From contig CAMKNF010000001.1 in the NCBI GenBank assembly GCA_946414115.1, forward strand, positions 1 to 34,425: a stretch of 34,425 bases of DNA, given 5' to 3'. Source of the stretch: an uncultured Ruminococcus sp. (GTDB taxonomy: Bacteria; Bacillota; Clostridia; Oscillospirales; Acutalibacteraceae). Made by a program: the position numbers and the translations under genes. Each line of letters begins with the position of its first letter. Positions within the stretch are counted from its first letter, which is position 1. Positions 11,367 through 20,471 of the stretch are shown here, in pieces. The notes under the pieces were generated by a model, which saw only the letters and a list, made by a program, of their open reading frames with translations, had not been told where the DNA came from and did not search any database.

Positions 11367-12037
11367 TACTTTCTGCCTCCTTCTCTGCGGGGCTTTCTTG
11401 ACTTAACTTCGTTTAAAACTTCGCCTTTGTAAAGCCAAACCTTAACGCCGATTTTACCGTAGGTTGTGTTAGCCTCTGCAAAACCGTAGTCGATGTCAGC
11501 ACGAAGTGTCTGAAGCGGAATTGTGCCCTCGTGATACTGCTCCGAACGAGCAATTTCAGCACCGCCGAGACGGCCTGAACACATAACCTTAATACCTTTT
11601 GCTCCACGGCGCATTGCGTTGCCGATAGCCTGCTTCATAGCACGACGGAAAGAAATTCTCTTTTCGAGCTGCTGAGCAATGCTCTCTGCTGCGAGCTGTG
11701 CGTCAAGCTCGGGAGCCTTTACTTCAACAATGTTGATTGCAACGGGCTTGTTAAGGAATTTTTCACACTGAGTCTTGAGCTTCTCAATCTCGGAGCCGCC
11801 CTTACCGATAACAAGACCGGGCTTTGCGCAGTGAATGCTGATTCTTACTCTTTTGCCGTCACGCTCAATTTCAATCTTTGAGATACCGAAGTTGTAAAGC
11901 TGTGCCTTCAGAGTTTTACGAAGGTTGTAGTCCTCAACGAGTGTAGCGCCGAAGTCCTTTTTGTTTGCAAACCAACGGGAATCCCAATCTTTAATAACAC
12001 CGACACGAAGACCGTGCGGATTTACTTTCTGACCCAT
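11366..12037 (-). CDS. rpsC: 30S ribosomal protein S3
   Basis: [22 protein letters not shown]. Confidence 0.99.
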   Translation of the reverse strand: MGQKVNPHGLRVGVIKDWDSRWFANKKDFGATLVEDYNLRKTLKAQLYNFGISKIEIERDGKRVRISIHCAKPGLVIGKGGSEIEKLKTQCEKFLNKPVAINIVEVKAPELDAQLAAESIAQQLEKRISFRRAMKQAIGNAMRRGAKGIKVMCSGRLGGAEIARSEQYHEGTIPLQTLRADIDYGFAEANTTYGKIGVKVWLYKGEVLNEVKSRKPRREGGRK

Positions 12038-12051
12038 ATTTAAACCTCCCC

Positions 12052-12396
12052 TTAGTCTTCTTTTTCCTTGAGAACGAGGGTAATGTGAGAAGTTCTCTTG
12101 TTAATTCTGAACGCTCTGCCATGATCTCTCGGACGAATTCTTTTAAGGATGGGGCCTGCTGTAGCGTTGCAAGCTGCAACGTAGAGCTTGGATACATCCA
12201 TATCATGGTTGTTCTCAGCATTTGCCATAGCTGACTTGAGCAGCTTTAAAAGCGGCTCGCAAGCGGCCTTGGGAGTGTGCTTAAGAACAGCTTCCGCATA
12301 TCTGACGTCTTTGCCTCTGATAAGGTCAAGAACAACGCCAACCTTGCGGGGTGAAATACGAACAAATTTAGCATTTGCCTTTGCTTCCATCTGCAA
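12052..12396 (-). CDS. rplV: 50S ribosomal protein L22 (alternative start ATG 12390)
   Basis: [23 protein letters not shown]. Confidence 0.98.
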   Translation of the reverse strand: MQMEAKANAKFVRISPRKVGVVLDLIRGKDVRYAEAVLKHTPKAACEPLLKLLKSAMANAENNHDMDVSKLYVAACNATAGPILKRIRPRDHGRAFRINKRTSHITLVLKEKED

Positions 12397-12410
12397 TACT
12401 CTCCTTCCGC

Positions 12411-12683
12411 TTATTTGCTTGTTTTTGAACCGGCATGACCCTTGAAGGTTCTTGTAGGAGCAAACTCACCGAGCTTGTGACCTACCATATCTTCAGTAAC
12501 ATATACCGGAACGTGCTTACGGCCGTCGTGAACGGCGAATGTGTGACCAACGAATTCAGGGAAAATTGTTGAACTTCTTGACCATGTCTTTAAAATTCTC
12601 TTTTCGCCCTTTTCGTTCATTTCAAGAACCCTTTTGAGCAGTACAGGCTGAACAAAGGGACCCTTTTTAGTACTTCTACTCAT
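12411..12683 (-). CDS. rpsS: 30S ribosomal protein S19
   Basis: [18 protein letters not shown]. Confidence 0.99.
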   Translation of the reverse strand: MSRSTKKGPFVQPVLLKRVLEMNEKGEKRILKTWSRSSTIFPEFVGHTFAVHDGRKHVPVYVTEDMVGHKLGEFAPTRTFKGHAGSKTSK

Positions 12684-12706
12684 AGTTATAAGCTCCTTTC
12701 TCTGCC

Positions 12707-13540
12707 TTACTTACCGTTTCTTCTGCGAACGATAAGCTTATCGCTGCTCTTGTTGTTCTTACGAGTCTTATAGCCGAGTGCGGGCTTACCCCAGGGGGTT
12801 ACAGGGCCCGGACGGCCAACCGGTGACTTACCCTCACCACCGCCGTGCGGGTGGTCATTCGGGTTCATAACAGAACCGCGGACTGTAGGACGCCAACCCA
12901 TATTTCTCTTACGGCCGGCTTTACCGATTTTAACGTTTTCATGGTCAATGTTGCCTACCTGGCCGATAGTAGCCATACAGCTTTCGGGAACATTTCTTAA
13001 CTCGCCTGAAGGAAGTCTTAACAGAGCAAGTCCGTTCTCTTTAGCCATAAGCTGTGCCATATTACCTGCCGAACGAGCAAGCTGTGCGCCTCTGCCGGGG
13101 TAAAGCTCAACATTGTGAATGAATGTACCTACAGGAATTGCTGTAAGCGGAAGTGCGTTGCCGGGCTTGATGTCGGCGTTAGCACCTGCTACTACCTTGT
13201 CGCCTACCTTAAGTCCCTCGGGAGCGATAATGTAAGCTTTTTCACCGTCGGTGTACTCTACAAGAGCGATGAATGCCGAACGGTTAGGATCGTACTCTAA
13301 TGTTTTTACTGTACCTTCAACGTCAAACTTCTGACGCTTGAAGTCAATGATACGGTACTTTCTGCGGTTACCGCCGCCTCTGTGACGAACGGTGATTCTG
13401 CCGTAGCTGTTGCGGCCTGACTTCTTATTTAAAGGAGCAAGCAGGCTCTTTTCGGGCTCAACCTTTGAAAGGACCGAATAATCTGTAACCGACATATTTC
13501 TTCTTGAGTTGATGGTCGGCTTATAAACTTTAATGGCCAT
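12707..13540 (-). CDS. rplB: 50S ribosomal protein L2
   Basis: [21 protein letters not shown]. Confidence 0.99.
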   Translation of the reverse strand: MAIKVYKPTINSRRNMSVTDYSVLSKVEPEKSLLAPLNKKSGRNSYGRITVRHRGGGNRRKYRIIDFKRQKFDVEGTVKTLEYDPNRSAFIALVEYTDGEKAYIIAPEGLKVGDKVVAGANADIKPGNALPLTAIPVGTFIHNVELYPGRGAQLARSAGNMAQLMAKENGLALLRLPSGELRNVPESCMATIGQVGNIDHENVKIGKAGRKRNMGWRPTVRGSVMNPNDHPHGGGEGKSPVGRPGPVTPWGKPALGYKTRKNNKSSDKLIVRRRNGK

Positions 13541-13619
13541 TTGGTTTCACTCTCCTCATGATGGCTTTGCGGGAAAATGGCGTTTCCCATACATTCTGCC
13601 TGAATTATTTATTTCAGAC

Positions 13620-13913
13620 TTACATCATGCCTTCAAAAAATTCGATAGGCTTGCTGTCTTCTGTTAATGTTACGATTGCTTTCTTCCAGCTCTTTGTGTA
13701 GCCGCCGTTGTTTCTGCCCTGACGGCGGAACTTACCTCTTACGCTTACGGTGTTTACCTTTGCAACCTTAACCTTGAAGATTTCTTCGCAAGCTTTTGCA
13801 ATTTCAATTTTGTTAGCTGTTTTAGCTACTTCAAAGGTATATACCTTATTAACTGCGCCGAGCATACTTTTTTCAGTGATAACGGGGCGAATTACGATGT
13901 CATGAGCGATCAT
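13620..13913 (-). CDS. rplW: 50S ribosomal protein L23
   Basis: [16 protein letters not shown]. Confidence 0.98.
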   Translation of the reverse strand: MIAHDIVIRPVITEKSMLGAVNKVYTFEVAKTANKIEIAKACEEIFKVKVAKVNTVSVRGKFRRQGRNNGGYTKSWKKAIVTLTEDSKPIEFFEGMM

Positions 13914-14533
13914 GCATATACCTCCTCTATCTTGCTTACAGCGTCCTTGACGATAACGAGCTTGTCAGCATTCAGAATGTCATAAACATTGAGTGTGTTG
14001 ACCTGAGCTGTTTTAACGCCGGGGATGTTGTTAGCTGATTTGATAACCTTGCTGTCAACTGCGGGAAGAACGATGAGAGCCTTTTTGTCAGCTCCGATTG
14101 CGTTGAGCATAGCAACGATTGTCTTTGTCTTGTATTCATCCATTGTGATTGAATCTACAACGATGATTTCGTTTTCCTTAGCCTTTGAAGAGAAAGCTGA
14201 CTTCATAGCAAGTCTTCTAACCTTCTTGTTTACAGAGAATCTGTAATCTCTTGGCTTGGGAGCAAACACGATACCGCCGTGTGTCCACTGCGGAGCACGG
14301 GTTGAACCCTGTCTTGCACGTCCTGTACCCTTCTGTCTCCAGGGCTTTTTGCCGCCGCCGGAAACCTCGGATCTTGTAAGAGCGGACTGTGTGCCCTGAC
14401 GCTGTGCTGCAAGATAGCTTACTACTACCTGATGCATAACTGCTGCGTTGGGCTCAATACCGAATACGGAATCAGCAAGCTCGATTGTACCGACATTGTT
14501 GCCTTCCATATTTACTACTGATAAACTTGGCAT
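13910..14533 (-). CDS. rplD: 50S ribosomal protein L4
   Basis: [15 protein letters not shown]. Confidence 0.99.
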   Translation of the reverse strand: MPSLSVVNMEGNNVGTIELADSVFGIEPNAAVMHQVVVSYLAAQRQGTQSALTRSEVSGGGKKPWRQKGTGRARQGSTRAPQWTHGGIVFAPKPRDYRFSVNKKVRRLAMKSAFSSKAKENEIIVVDSITMDEYKTKTIVAMLNAIGADKKALIVLPAVDSKVIKSANNIPGVKTAQVNTLNVYDILNADKLVIVKDAVSKIEEVYA

Positions 14534-14549
14534 TTATAATCCCCCTTCC

Positions 14550-15182
14550 TTAAGCCTTAACGGAATCTTTGAGTACAACGATTCCCTTATTTGGTCCGGG
14601 AACAGCACCCTTTACAGCAATGAGGTTGTTTTCAGCGTCAACCTTAACAACTGTGAGGTTCTGTACTGTTACCTGTTCTGCGCCGAGGTGACCTGCCATT
14701 CTCTTGCCCTTCCATACTCTTGAGGGTGAGGAGCAGGCACCGATTGAGCCGCCGTGACGAACGCAGGGGCCTGTACCGTGAGTTTCCTTAAGACGGTGGA
14801 AGTTCCATCTCTTGATAACGCCTGCGGTACCCTTACCTTTGCTCTTGCCGGTTACGTCAATCTTGTCGCCGGGGGTGAACACGTCTGCTTTAACGAGGTC
14901 GCCTACGCTGTAAGCGTCTGTGTCGTTAAAACGGAACTCTTTAAGAGTTTTCTTGGGAGCTACGCCAGCTTTGTCAAAAAATCCCTTCATAGGCTTTGTA
15001 ACCTTGTGGGGCTTTAAGTCGCCGTATCCGAGCTGAACGGATGCGTAGCCGTCGTTTTCAACTATTTTCTTGGCTGTAACCACGCAAGGGCCTGCCTCGA
15101 TAACAGTTACGGGAATAACAATTCCCCTTTCATCGAAAATCTGTGTCATACCGATTTTCTTGCCGATGATTGCTTTCTGCAT
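14550..15182 (-). CDS. rplC: 50S ribosomal protein L3
   Basis: [14 protein letters not shown]. Confidence 0.99.
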   Translation of the reverse strand: MQKAIIGKKIGMTQIFDERGIVIPVTVIEAGPCVVTAKKIVENDGYASVQLGYGDLKPHKVTKPMKGFFDKAGVAPKKTLKEFRFNDTDAYSVGDLVKADVFTPGDKIDVTGKSKGKGTAGVIKRWNFHRLKETHGTGPCVRHGGSIGACSSPSRVWKGKRMAGHLGAEQVTVQNLTVVKVDAENNLIAVKGAVPGPNKGIVVLKDSVKA

Positions 15183-15256
15183 GAATGTATCCTCCTTGTA
15201 GGTTATTGGTTGGTTTGCACCAACGTGACCCTGTCTGCTTGTAGGTTGGTATCGGA

Positions 15257-15568
15257 TTATAACTTAATCTCAATATCAACGCCGGCAGGGAGCTCTAAGC
15301 TCATAAGAGCCTCGACTGTCTTGTTTGACGGTCTTAAGATGTCGATAAGACGCTTGTGGGTTCTCATCTCGAACTGCTCACGGCTGTACTTGTACTTGTG
15401 AACAGCACGGAGAATTGTTACAACCTGCTTCTCAGTAGGGAGCGGAACGGGACCCGAAACTCTTGCGCCTGTGCGCTTAGCTGTAGCCACGATTCTCTCG
15501 GCTGACTGATCAACAAGCTGATGATCATAACCCTTTAATCTTATTCTAATCTTTTCCTTGACTGCCAT
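15257..15568 (-). CDS. rpsJ: 30S ribosomal protein S10
   Basis: [26 protein letters not shown]. Confidence 0.99.
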   Translation of the reverse strand: MAVKEKIRIRLKGYDHQLVDQSAERIVATAKRTGARVSGPVPLPTEKQVVTILRAVHKYKYSREQFEMRTHKRLIDILRPSNKTVEALMSLELPAGVDIEIKL

Positions 15569-15657
15569 TATCGTCGCCTCCTTGAAAATTTAGTTGGCGG
15601 GCGTTTGCTTTCAAAAACTTTTTTGAAACTCTGCCGGGTGTTTCTTCACCCTGCATT

Positions 15658-15689
15658 AAAAAACCCGTTTAACTATTCAGTTAACCGGG
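15658..15689 (-). terminator. Terminator-like hairpin inside the S10 leader (candidate attenuator)
   Basis: Minus strand CCCGGTTAACT-GAAT-AGTTAAACGGG-TTTTTT. Confidence 0.5.
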
Positions 15690-15764
15690 AACGTCCTGAA
15701 AGCTTTTGAGCACAGCTATGGCACAGCAACCCTATTGACATAGTTATACTCTAAATGATTCATA

Positions 15765-15858
15765 ATAATCGCCCGGTTTAAAATCGGACATACTCCACGG
15801 AAAAACCGGCAAATTTGCCGCAACCTCCCGCTTCATCGCATATCTTGTGCAGTCACGC
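15765..15858 (-). ncRNA. Firmicute S10 (rpsJ) leader RNA motif
   Basis: Minus strand CGATGAAGCGGGAGGTTGC...TTTCCGTGGAGTATGTCCGATTT...GGGCGA, recognised from memory as the conserved Firmicute rpsJ leader; starts just after the promoter. Confidence 0.7.
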
Positions 15859-15865
15859 AAGGATT

Positions 15866-15894
15866 ATTATACAATGTAAGGGCGATTATTGCAA
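15866..15894 (-). promoter_or_regulatory. Sigma-A promoter of the S10 operon
   Basis: TTGCAA-N17-TATAAT. Confidence 0.85.
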
Positions 15895-15965
15895 GGTTTT
15901 GCGAAAATTATTGAGTGTAGAAATTTCAAATTATTTTAAAAAATATTTTGTGTACTATGTACATA

Positions 15966-15994
15966 TTGCCAAACGCCATATATTAAAGTATAAT
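15966..15994 (+). promoter_or_regulatory. Sigma-A promoter of the cobO-like gene
   Basis: TTGCCA-N17-TATAAT. Confidence 0.7.
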
Positions 15995-16079
15995 TACTAT
16001 TATTGTATGTAGATTTATATAGTATAATAAAATTTAAAAATAATCAATATCTGTAAACATCTTAAACACGGAGGTATAT

Positions 16080-16595
16080 ATGATTCACGTTTATTACGGC
16101 GACGGCAAAGGCAAAACAACGGCGGCGGTAGGACTTGCCGCAAGAGCCGCAGGCAGCAATATGAAGGTTTTGTTCGTTCAGTTTCTCAAAACAGAATTTT
16201 CCGGCGAACGCCATACATTGAGCCACACCGAAAACGTAACCCTCACGTTCTGCCCTCTCGAGCTGAAATTCACATTCGAAATGGACGAAAAGGAAAAAGC
16301 GCAGGCGGCAAAGGTTTTCAAGGGAATTTTCGACAGCAGTGTAACAACCGCACTTACAGAGCGTTACGATATGGTAGTCCTCGACGAGATTTTTGACGTA
16401 ATAAACAACGATATGATTTCCGAGGCAGAGGTATTTGAGTTCGTCACCAACGCCCCAACAAGTATGGAAATTGTAATGACAGGTCATAATCCGCCCGAAA
16501 GGTTCATAGAGATTGCCGACTACGTAACGGAGTTCAAAAAAATAAAGCACCCCTACGACAGAGGAATAACAGGCAGAATCGGAATTGAGTTCTGA
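16080..16595 (+). CDS. cobO: Cob(I)yrinate/cobalamin adenosyltransferase (CobA/CobO/BtuR family)
   Basis: VYYGDGKGKTTAAVG, QFLK, LDEI, KHPYDRG...GIEF; GGAGG RBS. Confidence 0.9.
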   Translation: MIHVYYGDGKGKTTAAVGLAARAAGSNMKVLFVQFLKTEFSGERHTLSHTENVTLTFCPLELKFTFEMDEKEKAQAAKVFKGIFDSSVTTALTERYDMVVLDEIFDVINNDMISEAEVFEFVTNAPTSMEIVMTGHNPPERFIEIADYVTEFKKIKHPYDRGITGRIGIEF

Positions 16596-16613
16596 AAACG
16601 ACAATAAAATAAC

Positions 16614-16740
16614 ATTCGTGTATTTTAATGTGATTTTAAACTATTTTTTCACACTAAATTACACGAATGTTTTTAAAAAACTTACACTATTCGACACGAA
16701 ATAACGGCTGACGGAAAGCAAATCTCCGTCAGCCATTTAT
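16614..16740. repeat. Direct repeat copy 1 (downstream of AAA gene)
   Basis: Aligns without gaps to 18092-18218 (offset 1478); 96-bp core has 4 mismatches. Confidence 0.95.
16706..16740. terminator. Probably bidirectional terminator between cobO and the AAA gene
   Basis: GGCTGACGGA-N9-TCCGTCAGCC flanked by A/T tracts. Confidence 0.75.
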
Positions 16741-16753
16741 CAATGCGTTAACT

Positions 16754-18049
16754 TTAAATACAGAAAGCCGCATAAAGCGGAACTGTCTTTTTACCGTCCT
16801 CAAAACCAAAGTTCTTTGCTGACAGCTTTATGGCGTATGCAGGCTTGTAGGTTTCCATATATATTTTCAGACTCTTTGCTCTGGTATTATCGGCAGACTT
16901 TACCTCAATAGGAATAAGCTGACCGTCACGCTGTATGATAAAGTCAATTTCCGCACCACGTTCCGATTCCCAATAGTATGTTTTATATCCGTTTATTGCA
17001 AACTGAATATTCACATAGTTTTCAGTCATACCGCCCTTAAACTCGTTGATTTCCTCAACCATATACAGAATATCGTTTGCCGCTAAATCCTTTTTAGCGC
17101 ACAAAAGTCCCATATCGGACACATATATTTTGAATGAGTCAATATCTCTGTAATTTTCAAGCGGCTTTTTAATCTGCTCCACCTTATAAACCTGCGACAC
17201 AATTCCCGACAGGCAAAGCCACTCAATTGCATTCTCAAATTCTGACGCACGTCCTCCCTTTTTAATCAGCTTATATTGAAAGCGTGTATTTTTCTTTGAA
17301 AGCTGAACGGTGATATTGTCATAGGTCAGCCTTGTTTTCTTGATTTCATTCAGATTATTGTATTTGCTCATATCATTCAGATAGCTCGCAAGAATTGTAT
17401 CCTGCGTATGTCGAACAAGAATATAATCCTTCGTTTCGGAAAACTGCATAACGCATTCGGGCATTCCGCCGACAACAAGGTACTGACGGTAAAGTGTCAT
17501 AGCCGCATCGTGCAGAGCAGACGGCAACGGCGTATTGTCGTCAAAGCATTTCTTTATTTGCTCAACCAGTGCGTCCTCGCCCATTGCAAGCATAAACTCC
17601 TCCATATCCATCGGATAGAGCGTTTTCAGATCAACTTTGCCAACAGGAAACGAAAATTTAGCCCTGTTCACCGCAACGCCAAGCAGACTTCCGGCTACAA
17701 TAATATGATAATCCGGAGCTTCCTCACAAAAATATTTCAGCGATGTCAACGCTCTTTCGCAAAGCTGAACCTCATCAAACACAATCAGCGTTTTTTCCCT
17801 GACTATAGTCTGACCTGCGATATGTGACAAAATCGGTATAAGATAATCGGGACTTATGTTTTCGTCAAAGGTTTCATTAAGCTTCGGATTAGTTTCAAAA
17901 TTAAAATAAGCTACGTTATCATAATGATTACGACCGAACTCCAAAATCGAGTAGGTTTTGCCGACCTGCCTTGCACCCTGTAAAATAAGGGGTTTTCTGT
18001 GTTCACTTTCTTTCCAGTTCTCCAGAAATTTCATAATCTTTCTATACAT
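16754..18049 (-). CDS. AAA+ ATPase (AAA_14-like) with C-terminal DUF4143 / PD-(D/E)XK-like domain
   Basis: Walker A GARQVGKT, Walker B VFDEVQ, AGSLLG, VGGMPE, EIDFII...PIEVKS; AGGAGG RBS. Confidence 0.9.
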   Translation of the reverse strand: MYRKIMKFLENWKESEHRKPLILQGARQVGKTYSILEFGRNHYDNVAYFNFETNPKLNETFDENISPDYLIPILSHIAGQTIVREKTLIVFDEVQLCERALTSLKYFCEEAPDYHIIVAGSLLGVAVNRAKFSFPVGKVDLKTLYPMDMEEFMLAMGEDALVEQIKKCFDDNTPLPSALHDAAMTLYRQYLVVGGMPECVMQFSETKDYILVRHTQDTILASYLNDMSKYNNLNEIKKTRLTYDNITVQLSKKNTRFQYKLIKKGGRASEFENAIEWLCLSGIVSQVYKVEQIKKPLENYRDIDSFKIYVSDMGLLCAKKDLAANDILYMVEEINEFKGGMTENYVNIQFAINGYKTYYWESERGAEIDFIIQRDGQLIPIEVKSADNTRAKSLKIYMETYKPAYAIKLSAKNFGFEDGKKTVPLYAAFCI

Positions 18050-18079
18050 AATTCAGACCTCCTTAAAGGCTCTGATTAT

Positions 18080-18119
18080 AGTATAACAAGTATTCGTGTA
18101 AAAATCAATGATTTTTACA
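18080..18119 (-). promoter_or_regulatory. AAA gene promoter with overlapping palindromic operator
   Basis: TTGATT-N17-TATACT with TGn extension; TGTAAAAATCA-A-TGATTTTTACA (18097-18119) covers the -35 box. Confidence 0.65.
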
Positions 18120-18218
18120 TTGTTTTTCACACTAAATTACACGAATGTTTTTAAAAAACTTACACTATTCGACACTAAATAACGGCTGACGGAAAACAAA
18201 CCTCCGTCAGCCGTTTAT
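18092..18218. repeat. Direct repeat copy 2 (upstream of AAA gene; includes the terminator of the upstream operon)
   Basis: Matches 16614-16740; hairpin AACGGCTGACGGA...TCCGTCAGCCGTT. Confidence 0.95.
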
Positions 18219-18229
18219 ATATAATTGAA

Positions 18230-19252
18230 TCACACCTTGATATTTTTCATCTCGTCGCCGAGAATGTCGCTGATTTCCTTTAAGTGTCCCGTGCTCTTAT
18301 CCTTTAGCTTATAATGCTGAACAAGACCGAATCCCGGATACTCGTTGCCCTCAACGACAACAGGACCTTTTACAGAAAACGCTATATCCCAGCCGATATA
18401 CCTAACCTGCGGTATTCTCATATGCGCTTCCTTGCACATATCAAACGCTTCCTTAACGCCTGCTATCTTAACGTCCTTGAATTTCTTGCCTGTCAGCGGG
18501 TGAGTATCGTAAACGTTTCCGTAATCATCGATTACATTGCCGTCGATTCTGCCGTCCTCACCGAGCGAAAAATACAAGTCGTTGCTACAGCCGATAACAT
18601 TCGATTCGTCCTGATTGATTCTCAGCGCATTGTTCACAAGATAAACCTTGCCGTCCTTGTAGAGCGTGATAACCCTGAACGAGTTTACCGCATTCGGATT
18701 TATCTCGTTTAAGTCGTCGTTCTGAATGATTGCTTCTTCGACCAACAGCTGATTGTTCTCGACAAGCTCCTTGTACAATGCGTCATAGTCCTTGACGTCC
18801 TTAACGACAATCTTTGAAATTCCGTGTCCGCACTCACCATTTGTCAGCTTTGCAAAGACAATATCTCTGCCCTGCATAAACTGCTTTAAGCCCTCTGCGT
18901 CGGTTTCACGCAGATTGAGATAATCACGCTTTAGATACTCGTTGAAAAATCTGTCAAAAACGAGCTTGTCATTCAGAAGCACAATGTAATCATCATCATT
19001 GAGATATTCAAGAATTTTGTAGAACTTCTTTGCGGTTACGAATGTATCCTTTTCAGCCTTTGTAGCCTGAATATAATTTCCTCTGAAATAGTCCGTATAG
19101 CCCGAACCCCTCGTCAGAAAATTAACAAACATATCAAAAACAATATATGCCTTTGATTTTCCGCTGTTCTGATGAATAACCTCAATATGTTTTTTCATTC
19201 TGTCAGAATTAATATCCTTGAACTTATGCAAAAGCCATCTCGTTACACCCAT
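18230..19252 (-). CDS. Sugar-transfer-associated ATP-grasp protein
   Basis: NDKLVF, GECGHGI, VEEAIIQ, NSFRVIT, HPLTG, YIGWDIA, VVVEGNEYPG; start taken at MGVTR. Confidence 0.75.
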   Translation of the reverse strand: MGVTRWLLHKFKDINSDRMKKHIEVIHQNSGKSKAYIVFDMFVNFLTRGSGYTDYFRGNYIQATKAEKDTFVTAKKFYKILEYLNDDDYIVLLNDKLVFDRFFNEYLKRDYLNLRETDAEGLKQFMQGRDIVFAKLTNGECGHGISKIVVKDVKDYDALYKELVENNQLLVEEAIIQNDDLNEINPNAVNSFRVITLYKDGKVYLVNNALRINQDESNVIGCSNDLYFSLGEDGRIDGNVIDDYGNVYDTHPLTGKKFKDVKIAGVKEAFDMCKEAHMRIPQVRYIGWDIAFSVKGPVVVEGNEYPGFGLVQHYKLKDKSTGHLKEISDILGDEMKNIKV

Positions 19253-19256
19253 TTTG

Positions 19257-20471
19257 TCACCTTGTTTCCTCATCAAACACAGTTTGATTGTTTTTAGTAT
19301 AAACTCTCCTGTTGTTTTTGCCGACGTCAAGCAATGTCTTTGAAATTGAGTTGCCCTCAAATCTGCTCAATTCGCCAAGCGTAATTCCTCCGCCCAGAAT
19401 ATACACAGTATCGGACAGCTTAACGTCATCGTCAACCCTTATAACCATCATATTCATTGCAATCTCGCCGACTGCAAAATACTTTTTGCCGTTGATTACA
19501 ACATATCTGCCTGCATTTCTTCTTCCGATTCCGTTGTTGTAGCCTATCGGCAGTACGGCAATTTTTATATCTTCCTCGGCTGTGTATGTCGCACCGTAGC
19601 CGACGCACTCGCCTTTTTTAACCTCTTTAATCTGCAAAATTGAAGTTGTCATACTCATCGCAGGCTTAACGTCAATTTCTGCATCATAAATAAGCTTACT
19701 TAAATTGTACTTTTTCTGACAATAGCTGTTTCTCAAATTCCGCAGTTTATCCTTGAGTCCGCTGTTGCAGTAGTTCGGAGCAACGTTGTAGCCGTAAGAC
19801 AAAATGCCCGTTCTCACGCCGTTTGCAAATTCAAACTTCGGGTGCGACAAAAGAATCACACTGCTTCCCAGATGAACAATAGGAATTTCCTTAAGGTCAA
19901 TCAGACTTGTAATCTCCTTAAAGCTTTCAACCTGATTGTCAAAATGATTGTCAAACATACCGATAGTTGCAAAGTGAGTGAAGATTCCCTCAAGATACAG
20001 ATTCTCGGTCTGCTTAATCATTTCAACAGCCTTTTTAACTTCGTTCTTGTCCTTAAAGCCGAGGCGGTTCATACCCGAATCAATTTTTATATGAATTTTC
20101 AGCTTTGACTTAACGCCTGTTGCAATAAGCTCTTTGAGATAATCAAGGTCGTGTACAACAACCGTAAAATTACGGCTTGCCGCCGTTTCAATATCGCTTA
20201 AGCTAATCGGCTCAAGAATAAGAACGGGAACATCGCTGTTGTACTTCCTGATTTTCAGAGCCTCGTCAACATACGAAACAGCAATATAGTTAATATTATT
20301 ATTTACAAGCTCGTTTACTATGTATTCGCCGTGACCGTATGCGCTTGACTTAAGCACGGCAAAAAAGTAATCGTACTCCTTGTATTTTTCCGTAATGGCT
20401 CTTGCATTACGTGCAATGTTATCAAGATTAATTGTAACGCTCGTTTCGTTTACCACACTACTCCCTCGCAT
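19257..20471 (-). CDS. alr: PLP-dependent Alr-family amino acid racemase (divergent); start may be GTG 20456
   Basis: AVLKSSAYGHG, HIKIDSGMNRLG, GIFTHFA, VGYGATY. Confidence 0.85.
   Translation of the reverse strand: MRGSSVVNETSVTINLDNIARNARAITEKYKEYDYFFAVLKSSAYGHGEYIVNELVNNNINYIAVSYVDEALKIRKYNSDVPVLILEPISLSDIETAASRNFTVVVHDLDYLKELIATGVKSKLKIHIKIDSGMNRLGFKDKNEVKKAVEMIKQTENLYLEGIFTHFATIGMFDNHFDNQVESFKEITSLIDLKEIPIVHLGSSVILLSHPKFEFANGVRTGILSYGYNVAPNYCNSGLKDKLRNLRNSYCQKKYNLSKLIYDAEIDVKPAMSMTTSILQIKEVKKGECVGYGATYTAEEDIKIAVLPIGYNNGIGRRNAGRYVVINGKKYFAVGEIAMNMMVIRVDDDVKLSDTVYILGGGITLGELSRFEGNSISKTLLDVGKNNRRVYTKNNQTVFDEETR

Noticed and set aside
708..15401. Many antisense or off-frame ORFs within the ribosomal operon (e.g. 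3962..4564, 10037..10732)
   Set aside because: They fully overlap conserved genes and show no recognisable motifs; shadow ORFs
15995..16079. Cobalamin riboswitch upstream of cobO
   Set aside because: The leader is short and very AT-rich, with no B12 box
16062..16604. 180-aa minus-strand ORF
   Set aside because: Antisense shadow of the cobO-like gene
16611..18218. CRISPR array or IS interpretation of the repeats
   Set aside because: Only two long copies, no repeat-spacer periodicity, no cas or transposase gene, and no terminal inverted repeats
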